This document shows, in pieces, positions 17,801-24,089 of a stretch of DNA of 32,000 nucleotides. Position numbers and translations under genes: made by a program. Origin of the DNA: Gammaproteobacteria bacterium (GTDB lineage Bacteria; Gemmatimonadota; Gemmatimonadetes; Longimicrobiales; Gaopeijiaceae). Location of the stretch: the NCBI GenBank assembly GCA_009840525.1, contig VXNP01000060.1, positions 2,683 through 34,682 on the forward strand, written 5' to 3'. Under the pieces are notes generated by a model. The model saw only the letters and a list, made by a program, of their open reading frames with translations, had not been told where the DNA came from and did no database searches. Position 1 is the first letter of the stretch. Each line of letters opens with the position of its first letter.

Positions 17801-18042
17801 TGGTCCTCGATCTTGACGACGATGGCCTCTTCAACCTCCTCGGGGGTTGCGCCGGGGAAGGGCACGGAGATCTCGAACTGGTTGAAGGGTACCTCGGGCC
17901 ATCCCTCCTGCTCGAGACCGGTCAGCGACACCAGGCCCGCTGCGATGATCCCGAGCATCAGCAGATTGGCGGCGACGCTGTTGCTCGCCATATAGGCAAT
18001 GGGGCCGCCCGGTTCGCCGTGGTTGTCTGGGTTCCGACTCAT
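14863..18042 (-). CDS. RND-superfamily inner-membrane permease (AcrB/HAE-like), no cognate adaptor or outer-membrane factor adjacent
   Basis: Track ORF, 1059 aa. The N-terminus PIAYMASNSVAANLLMLGIIAAGL is typical of RND permeases. It has 12 TM segments in a 1+large loop+5 repeat architecture. Conserved TM4 region: AIGIIVDDAIVVAEHI. Its stop overlaps the methyltransferase stop in the palindrome CTAG (14863-14866). Confidence 0.9.
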   Translation of the reverse strand: MSRNPDNHGEPGGPIAYMASNSVAANLLMLGIIAAGLVSLTGLEQEGWPEVPFNQFEISVPFPGATPEEVEEAIVVKIEDQVRGLADVKAVRSIAAPGMASVRVEVNSGTDMGAKKDEIESAVGRIQTFPGGAERPQIREMTNAQSMIRLIVYGDVPERSLKELAYRIEDELAALPSVSQVVTSGVRNYEVSIEVPLQRLRALGLTLTDIANTIRSNSLDLSAGSIDTRESQVRVRTLGQSYDQQDFEEIVLLSRDDGTVVRLGDVAEVRDGFQDSDLIVRHQGRPAVFVEVSRAEGERVMSVARAVKEHVANEVVPSLPGGVGVTIWNDDSTAFSERGALLLKNGALGLLLVLIALGLFLEVRLAFWVAVGLGVAGIGALAAMMVFDIPIHAVSLFSFVLAIGIIVDDAIVVAEHIHLERMRGTPGTVAAIRGARRIKVPLIFAVLTTIVAFVPLLFIPAGFGEVWKALPIIVIAMLVISLIESLLVLPNHLSHHLHGPDWAPRTGAERFVGRIQGRVDSLLNSFIQGPLDHGMRFATDRPGVTLSAAVALFILTVSLLPAGIVPTTFATEVEGDFVTATLQMPDGTTAQQTDAVARELEAAGHRVIQRLSEGRPEDASPLLSGVTVVVGQRSRIETGGLNPSPTLNPEANIATIEFKLLPAQQRRITSGEVMQAWREEVGILPHVRGITFMSEIYTLGNPVEAVLSHPDPERLVTIASSVVDELRRVGGVFDIRSDHTPGIPEVQLGLLPEARTLGLTLDALARQTRAAFFGAEALRVQRGRDEVRVYVRLPEEQRNSITDIESYLVRTATGAEVPVSRVASLSAAMSPPAIRRQDGQRVATVTADVDASVISAGEANGILENTILAGLVDTEPDLTYAFGGEQQQQIDSLGALYRGFAIALLIIFALLAIPLRSYTKPFIIMAIIPFGFVGVILGHWILGVAVSAESFVGIFGLAGVVVNDSLVMMDFIDQELEEGLPAREAIIEGAKGRFRPIMLTSLTTFLGFTPLILEDAIQAQFFVPFSASIGCGILFTTAILMFLVPALSSLRLHLTTRGS

Positions 18043-18230
18043 TTGTGCTGGATCGGCCTGGGTGTGGACGAGGGACGCGCACGGACAGGATACTCATTGG
18101 GTACTCGCCGTGCACCGTCAAGGCACCCCGCGGTGCCCGCGATACCGCCGGCGAACGCGATCCGGGGATCGGCCCTCGAAGAACCGTCCGGTGTTGCGTC
18201 ACAACGACGCTTTCTCGCGACAGATTCCGT

Positions 18231-18260
18231 TTGACGCAGCCGTGCCCGTGGAGCTATGCT
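18231..18260 (+). promoter_or_regulatory. Candidate sigma70-like promoter upstream of the P450 gene
   Basis: TTGACG (18231-18236), an 18-nt spacer, then TATGCT (18255-18260). It lies in a locally AT-richer patch of the 377-bp divergent intergenic region between the RND and P450 genes. Confidence 0.3.
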
Positions 18261-18419
18261 CATGCTCAAGTGTATCTTAGCTGTAGCAAGCTCGGGTTTG
18301 GGCGACCGCCGAAACGGGGCTGAACCTTCCGTCCCGGCGTCTGACGAAGAGAAACGGAGCATGAGGTTGCCGAGGTTGGTGAGGCAGTCTTCCCGTATCG
18401 AGACGAGGGGCCAACGCTG

Positions 18420-20447
18420 ATGGCCGTTGCGACAGAGAATGTCTCCACCCAGGCGCTGACGCTGCCCGAGGAGCTCATCCTGATGCTCCTCAACGAGGAA
18501 AACGGCTACTTCCACCAGGTACCCGGCTGGCGGCTGCATTGCGCCGTCATCGGCGCGGTGCTCGCGGAACTCTCGCTCCTGACGCGCATCGACACGGACA
18601 TGGAGTCGCTGTTCCTGGTGGACGCGACGGAAACGGGCGACCCCGCACTGGACCCCATTCTGGAGGAAATCGCAGGCGAGCAAGTTCAACGGAACGCCCA
18701 GTACTGGATCGAGCGCCTCGCGCACCGTGCCGAATCGATCATCGATCTGACGCTGGACCGGCTGGTTGAACTCAAGATCCTGGAACATCACGACGGCGAG
18801 TTCTGGACCTTGGCTCGCAGGGTCTGGCAGACGGAACTGTACGGCGGCACCGAGGAAGGCACCGCGCGCCAGTTCATCAGGACGCGCATCGGCAAGGTCA
18901 TCTTCACCGAGGAGATCCCCGACCCGAGAGACATCATCATCATCTGCCTGGTGAACTCGTGTGATGTCTTTCGTTTCATATTCCAACTGGACGACGAGGC
19001 CCACGAGCGCATCGAGCTCATCTGCAAGATGGACCTGATCGGCCGCTCGATCGCGGCCGCGGTGGTGACCAACCTCGGTGGCCCGGTGGTTCAACGGTCC
19101 CGCCTCGCGAAGCAGATTCCGCGTGCCTCGCTGCGCAAGTTGCTGTCGAACCCTCACCTGCGTAGTGGCAACCTGCCCGCGCTCGTCGCGGATCTGGCCA
19201 GGGAGTACGGCCCGGTGTTCGAGCTCCGGCCGCCGTTCTCGCAACCCATGGTCTTCCTTGCCGGACCACGGGCAAACCGCGGGGTGAATCGGCACGGGCG
19301 CAGATATCTGAGAGCCAGGGACTATTTCGCCGACTTCGAGCAAGTCTATGGTGCGTCCGGAGTCCTGCCCTCCCTGGATGGCGCAGACCACTTCCGGCTT
19401 CGCAGGGCCATGGCGCCAGGCGTCTCGCGCGCGAGGCTGGCGGGACAGGGAGACCTGTTGTTTCGTCAGGCCCGTGCATACATGGCGGATTGGGCGGTGG
19501 GTGACACCTACCCGGCAAGACGCCTTTGCCGACGCATGATCAACAGCCAGATCTCTCCTCTCATGTTGAGCGTGGATTCGCAGGATATCATCGACGATCT
19601 GATCGTGTTCAAGGAACGCGCACTCAACGTCCACATCCTGAACGGCCTTCCCAAGTTCATGCTGAAGACCCCGGGAATGAAGCGCCGGGCGCAGGCCGTG
19701 GAGACGTTGCTGGAACGGGTCTACAGCGTCCATACTCCCGCCCAGCGGGCCGGCTGCCCGCGCAGCCTTGCCGATGACTGGCTGAGCCTGCACGCGAGCG
19801 ATCCACAGTTCGTACCGGAGTCGAATCTGCGGTTCGCCCTGTCGGCCGCGCTGGTTGCCAGCGTGTATCTCGGGGATGGATTCAACTGCGCGCTCTATGC
19901 CATGGCGTCACAGCCAGAGCTCTATGCCAGAATCCGGGATGAGGCCGGTGTGTTCTTCCAAAACGGGGAACCGGATGGCGACGACCTCAACCTTTCCGCG
20001 ATGGACGTCACCCGCCGTTTCATCAAGGAATGCCTGCGGCTGTACCCGATCGTCCCGATGTCCATGCGGAACGTGATGAACACCTGGGTGGTCGAGAACT
20101 ACGAGATACCGATTGGAACGCGGGTCGCCATCGCCCAGACAGCCTCGCATTTCATGGAGGATGTTTTCCCGGACCCCTTCACCTTCGATATCGACCGCTA
20201 CAAGGATCCCCGCAATGAGCACCGCAGCCCGGGGTACGCTCCCTATGGCCTGGGCACACACAGGTGCCTCGGCTCCCGGTGGATGGAGTTGCAACTGGGC
20301 GTCAACCTCCTTCTGGTCGCGCACTACTTCACGATCGAGGTGTCCCCGGCGAACTACAAGTTCCGATTCAGCCCCTTTCCGTCGATGAAGCCGAGCAAGG
20401 ACCTCAAGTTCCGCATCGCAGAGCAGGTGCGCGAGCTGCCGTCCTGA
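18420..20447 (+). CDS. Fusion protein: N-terminal GPP34/GOLPH3-family domain + C-terminal cytochrome P450
   Basis: Track ORF, 675 aa. Residues ~10-225 follow the GPP34 pattern: LTLPEELILMLLNEENGYF, GAVLAELSLLTRI, TGDPALDPILEEI, DPRDIIIICLVNSCDV. The C-terminal ~430 aa is a P450. It has the K-helix ExxR (KECLRLYP), a PERF-like FDIDRY, and the haem loop YAPYGLGTHRCLGSRW (Cys codon at 20265). Confidence 0.85.
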   Translation: MAVATENVSTQALTLPEELILMLLNEENGYFHQVPGWRLHCAVIGAVLAELSLLTRIDTDMESLFLVDATETGDPALDPILEEIAGEQVQRNAQYWIERLAHRAESIIDLTLDRLVELKILEHHDGEFWTLARRVWQTELYGGTEEGTARQFIRTRIGKVIFTEEIPDPRDIIIICLVNSCDVFRFIFQLDDEAHERIELICKMDLIGRSIAAAVVTNLGGPVVQRSRLAKQIPRASLRKLLSNPHLRSGNLPALVADLAREYGPVFELRPPFSQPMVFLAGPRANRGVNRHGRRYLRARDYFADFEQVYGASGVLPSLDGADHFRLRRAMAPGVSRARLAGQGDLLFRQARAYMADWAVGDTYPARRLCRRMINSQISPLMLSVDSQDIIDDLIVFKERALNVHILNGLPKFMLKTPGMKRRAQAVETLLERVYSVHTPAQRAGCPRSLADDWLSLHASDPQFVPESNLRFALSAALVASVYLGDGFNCALYAMASQPELYARIRDEAGVFFQNGEPDGDDLNLSAMDVTRRFIKECLRLYPIVPMSMRNVMNTWVVENYEIPIGTRVAIAQTASHFMEDVFPDPFTFDIDRYKDPRNEHRSPGYAPYGLGTHRCLGSRWMELQLGVNLLLVAHYFTIEVSPANYKFRFSPFPSMKPSKDLKFRIAEQVRELPS

Positions 20448-20452
20448 CCGCG

Positions 20453-21490
20453 TTGGGTGATGCGGGCGGGCGGCGGGCATCGACCTCCGTCCACAGCCAC
20501 GGCCTCCCGCCCCTCCTCCGAAGCATCCCCGTCATTGCGGCGCTGGCCGCCTGCGGCGGTGACTCCGGTACCGAGCCGCCCGGGGAGCCGCCACGCGCCC
20601 CCGCCGCCATTGTGGTCGTGTCGGGGGGCGGGCAGGAGGGGATGGCGGGCAGCCCGCTCGCCGAGCCCGTGGTGGTGCGGGTGGACGACGCGGGCGGCTC
20701 GCCGTTCGCGGGCGTCACCGTGACCTTCTCCGCCGCCGCCGGGCACGGATCCGCCGACCCGGCCACCGCGGCCACCGACGCGGCCGGCCTGGCCCGCACG
20801 ACCTGGACGCTCGGCGATGCGGCCGGCGCCCAGACCCTCACGGCGTCGGTGGCCGGGGGAGTGTCGACCGACATCCGTGCGGCCGCGGGAGAGCTTCCCT
20901 CCCCGCCCGACTCCGCCGTCTACAGCGTCGTCTTCAACGCCACCTGGAGCGCCGCCACCCACCCGACCGACTACCCGGGCGGCGCGCACTTCTCGCCGCT
21001 CATCGGCGCGGTGCACGACGACGGCGTCCGCTTCTGGGCGAGCGGCGAGACGGCCACCCCCGGCATCGAGAGCATGGCCGAGACGGGAGGGACCAGCACG
21101 CTCAGGTCGGAAATCCGCGCGCACCTCCCGGCCGCCGTCCTCTCCGTCATCAGCGGACCCGGCCTCGGCACCAGCCCCGCCAGCGCGACCGTCTCCCGCG
21201 TCGTCGTCCGGGGGGACTACCCCCTCGTCACCCTGGTCACCATGATCGCGCCGAGCCCCGACTGGTTCGTGGGCGTTTCCGCGCTGTCGCTGATGGACGA
21301 CCTGGGGCTGTGGGTGGACGAACTCCAGGTCACCCTCTATCCCTACGACTCGGGCACCGACGACGGAACCACCTGCACCTCCGCCAACGCCGACTCCTCG
21401 CCCAGGCAGCCCATCCGCAGCCTCCGCGGCATGACCCCGTTCTCGGACGCGCCCATCGGAACGTTCACGTTCACGCGAGTCGGGGGCTAG
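20453..21490 (+). CDS. Lipoprotein with Ig-like (Big-type) domain + Spondin_N domain
   Basis: Same frame as track ORF 20264..21490, but that ORF start overlaps the P450 3' end. The first in-frame start after the P450 stop is the TTG at 20453, so the start is tentative. Lipobox: IPVIAALAAC-GGDSG. Ig-like unit: IVVVSGGGQEGMAGSPLAEPVVVRVDDAGGSPFAGVTVTF. Spondin_N blocks: YSVVFNATWSAATHP, HFSPLIGAVHD, IAPSPDWFVGVS, LYPYDSGTDDG. Confidence 0.8.
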   Translation: MGDAGGRRASTSVHSHGLPPLLRSIPVIAALAACGGDSGTEPPGEPPRAPAAIVVVSGGGQEGMAGSPLAEPVVVRVDDAGGSPFAGVTVTFSAAAGHGSADPATAATDAAGLARTTWTLGDAAGAQTLTASVAGGVSTDIRAAAGELPSPPDSAVYSVVFNATWSAATHPTDYPGGAHFSPLIGAVHDDGVRFWASGETATPGIESMAETGGTSTLRSEIRAHLPAAVLSVISGPGLGTSPASATVSRVVVRGDYPLVTLVTMIAPSPDWFVGVSALSLMDDLGLWVDELQVTLYPYDSGTDDGTTCTSANADSSPRQPIRSLRGMTPFSDAPIGTFTFTRVGG

Positions 21491-21523
21491 GCGCAGGCCT
21501 GGTGTCGCTGGCCGGGACCCGAT

Positions 21524-22735
21524 CTACCAGTCCGACGAGTGCTCGTCGTGCAGCGCGGTCGGCAACCGGTACGAGTACCTCAGCTTCTCGAAGCCGGCGA
21601 ACTCCATGAGGGTGTCGAACCGGGCGCGATCCTGCTTCGCCCCCAAGCGGGGAAGCACCTTGCGGATGACGCCCCGGGACCGGTTCTGAATCCGCATCCA
21701 GGGGATCACCTTCCGCCTGCGGGTGGGAAACAGGAATGAATCGGCGAGCTTCTCGCCGATCAGCTCCCGTGACGCCTGGGTCACGACGCGGGCCATTTTC
21801 CGGCGCTCTGCGGGGTCCGTGACACCGATGATGACGGGCGCGCTGTTCACGATGCTGTTGGCCATGATGATGGCGTCCAGGTCCGCGGGAGGTTCGCACA
21901 TGGAGCCGATCTCGAACGCCCGGCAAGCCGAGGCTTCGTCGTCGAAGATGAGATCCTCCGGGATGCCCATCAGCAGCCCCGTGTAGCGCCAGACGTGGAT
22001 GTAGGCCTCCCGCTCCTCCGTGCTGAAGTCGCCCCCCAGCGTGGCCACGTGCCGCATCAGCCGGCCCGAGAAGGCCGCCCCGGCCAGGAGCACGTGCGCG
22101 GCGCTGATCGGCTCTCCCAGCCGGTCGTGATCCCATTCATCGGACTGGTTGATCAGGTATCGGGACTGAGCGTGCACCAGCCGGACGCGCAGGGTGAGCC
22201 TCCATCCGTCCCCCCCGGGTTCCATTCCACCCGGCAGGTACTGCTCGACAAGCTGCATCCCGTTCTGCTTGAGGCGCCGCACACCCGAGTTGGTGACCCG
22301 TCCCCGGATCCGGAACGACTTGCTGATCAGGGTGGAGAACCCCTCGACGATGCTGCCGCCCACCAGGGCCGCGAGAACGATGTCCGAGTTTCGCAGAAAG
22401 GCGCGCGAGGCCATGCGGGCGATGTCGGCATCGAACCAGTCCGGCACGGCGGTCGAGTACTCCACGAACTCGACGAGGGAATCGGGGGCGCCCGTCTGCG
22501 GTGCGTGGGGATTGTCCAGTGCCTGCGCCAGCGTCTGGTGCAGTTCCCCGGGATCCAGGTCCGAAAGATCCCGAACGACGGCATCCGCCAGCGGATCGCC
22601 GATCATCGTGTTGCGGACGTAGGCCTCCGCGAGCTCCGGATCGTGCTGGCGGGCGGCCTCGTATCCCGCGACGTAGGCACCGGGTACTTCCAAACCCTCT
22701 CCCGAACCGGCTCGCAGCGGCGGCTGGCGGATCAT
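21524..22735 (-). CDS. MpaB / Lcp (rubber-oxygenase catalytic domain, ex-DUF2236) family oxygenase
   Basis: Track ORF, 403 aa. Family-like blocks: GDPLADAVV near the N-terminus, VPDWFD, RLTLRVRLVHA, and HVWRYTGLLMGIPE. It is the last cistron of the minus-strand Rieske operon, with a 25-nt gap after the P450-tail ORF. Confidence 0.7.
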   Translation of the reverse strand: MIRQPPLRAGSGEGLEVPGAYVAGYEAARQHDPELAEAYVRNTMIGDPLADAVVRDLSDLDPGELHQTLAQALDNPHAPQTGAPDSLVEFVEYSTAVPDWFDADIARMASRAFLRNSDIVLAALVGGSIVEGFSTLISKSFRIRGRVTNSGVRRLKQNGMQLVEQYLPGGMEPGGDGWRLTLRVRLVHAQSRYLINQSDEWDHDRLGEPISAAHVLLAGAAFSGRLMRHVATLGGDFSTEEREAYIHVWRYTGLLMGIPEDLIFDDEASACRAFEIGSMCEPPADLDAIIMANSIVNSAPVIIGVTDPAERRKMARVVTQASRELIGEKLADSFLFPTRRRKVIPWMRIQNRSRGVIRKVLPRLGAKQDRARFDTLMEFAGFEKLRYSYRLPTALHDEHSSDW

Positions 22736-22760
22736 CGTCTTCCGAGGATGAATCCGCGTC

Positions 22761-22928
22761 TCAGACCGGCACCTCGCAGACCCTCCCGGCGATGCGGAAC
22801 TCCGGCTTCCGGCTCGGCTTCATCGACGGGAAGGGGCTGACACGGTGCTCGTAGTTCTTCGGCGCCACCTCGAGCGTAAAGTGATGCGCCATCATCAGTA
22901 CGTTCACCATGAGCTTCAGTTCCATCAT
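22761..22928 (-). pseudogene. Relic of a second cytochrome P450 (C-terminal 54 residues only), preserved as a 55-codon ORF translationally coupled to the Rieske gene
   Basis: It encodes MMELKLMVNVLMMAHHFTLEVAPKNYEHRVSPFPSMKPSRKPEFRIAGRVCEVPV. This aligns without gaps to the last 54 aa of the P450 at 18420..20447 (MELQLGVNLLLVAHYFTIEVSPANYKFRFSPFPSMKPSKDLKFRIAEQVRELPS). By hand alignment 33 of 54 residues are identical. No haem-Cys loop lies upstream. Its first ATG (22926-22928) overlaps the Rieske TGA (22925-22927) as ATGA. Confidence 0.75.
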
Positions 22929-24055
22929 GTCCCGTTCCCCTCCGGCAGATGCCCGGATCCGATTCGATCCGCCCACGCGCGGCGCAGCTCACGATCCGAA
23001 GCTGGACCGGCGGTCTTACTCATACCTATGTCGGAGTAGAACTGACGGCAATACAGCCGGTACTTGCCGATGGGCCCGTCGGCCCGGCAGAGACGCGGCG
23101 GGGACTGGTAGCGCTTCCGCTCCCAGATCACCACGTCCTGCGCCACGAACCGCCGCTCCTCGTAGATCAGGATGCGGTTCATCAGCCTGTTGCGGAGCTT
23201 CTTCGGCAGGAACCCCAGCCCGGCGATGTAGCGCCCGGGCCTGGCGACTTCGCGCGCCTGGCTGACCAGCGTCAACTCGACGAACTCGCCGTCGACCGGA
23301 GTCGAGAGGACCCACAGCCTGGAATCCATGCCGATCGTCTTCTCGTGAACCTCGACGAACGAGTAGCCCAGCCCATGGACGTGGGTGACGGCCGAGACCT
23401 CGGATACGATGTCGATCAGCCCCGCGACGGTGCGGACGTTCGTGAACTCGAAGCAGCTCTTCAGGTAGGCGCCGTCGATGGAAAAGGCTGTCGGTTCCAC
23501 ATCCCGGTAGCCGTGCGTGTACTCCAGATGCTCCACGTCCACGGAGTTCTCGGTCGTCTCCTGGGGATGGCCACGGAAGCGCATGGTGGTGGAACGCAGC
23601 CCGCTCCAGTCCGCGCCCGTGGGGGGCTCCTCCGGCAGATCCCACTGCGGCGCCCGCCCACCGGCGCCATACCAGGCGAAGACCATGCCCAGGATCTCCC
23701 GGGTCTCGTAGAGCTTGAGCTTCGCGGCCCTGGGGGCCGGGGCGTTGGGCGTGGCGACGCACTGGCCGGTGGCATCGAAGGTGAAGCCGTGGAAGGGACA
23801 CACCAGGCAGCCGTCCCGGATGGTGCCGCCGGCCGTCGGCCCCAGGTGCGAGCCCAGGTGGGGGCAGAACGCGTCCGCCACGCAGACGCGGCCGTCGTCG
23901 TCGCACCAGGCGACGATCTGCTCGCCCATCCAGGTCTTCTCGATGAGCTTTTCCGTCAGCAGGGTGTCGCGCGTCGCGATGAAGTACCACCCCTCCGGGA
24001 ACGGAGGCAGTCGATCGACGCGGCGCGGGATCCGCCCGTTGGCTTTCGGGATCAT
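22925..24055 (-). CDS. Rieske [2Fe-2S] non-haem-iron oxygenase (KshA / Neverland / SdmA-like class)
   Basis: Track ORF, 376 aa. Rieske ligands: CPHLGSHL...CPFHGF. Mononuclear-iron motif: ENSVDVEHLEYTH (D-x2-H-x4-H). The C-terminal block QDVVIWERKRY..P.L..ADGPIGKYRLYCRQFY resembles what I recall from Neverland-type steroid desaturases. Confidence 0.85.
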   Translation of the reverse strand: MIPKANGRIPRRVDRLPPFPEGWYFIATRDTLLTEKLIEKTWMGEQIVAWCDDDGRVCVADAFCPHLGSHLGPTAGGTIRDGCLVCPFHGFTFDATGQCVATPNAPAPRAAKLKLYETREILGMVFAWYGAGGRAPQWDLPEEPPTGADWSGLRSTTMRFRGHPQETTENSVDVEHLEYTHGYRDVEPTAFSIDGAYLKSCFEFTNVRTVAGLIDIVSEVSAVTHVHGLGYSFVEVHEKTIGMDSRLWVLSTPVDGEFVELTLVSQAREVARPGRYIAGLGFLPKKLRNRLMNRILIYEERRFVAQDVVIWERKRYQSPPRLCRADGPIGKYRLYCRQFYSDIGMSKTAGPASDRELRRAWADRIGSGHLPEGNGT

Positions 24056-24089
24056 GTGGCTCCAGCTAACTGCTGCCTTCTTCCGCCGT

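Noticed and set aside
18361-18420. 19-codon upstream ORF (MRLPRLVRQSSRIETRGQR) whose TGA overlaps the P450 ATG (TGATG)
   Set aside because: It could be a leader peptide. However, its only SD-like GGAG sits 1 nt from the ATG, which is too close. The peptide has no attenuator-like codon bias. Short ORFs like this arise by chance. The call cannot be supported without conservation or Ribo-seq data.
18420-20447. Possibility that the P450 is CYP51 (sterol 14-alpha-demethylase)
   Set aside because: I could not find the CYP51 hallmark motifs. These are the B'-helix Y-x-x-[FL]-x-x-P-x-F-G-x-x-V-x-Y-D block and the I-helix ..AGQHTS.. block. The I-helix here is atypical, so I call it only a P450 of unknown family.
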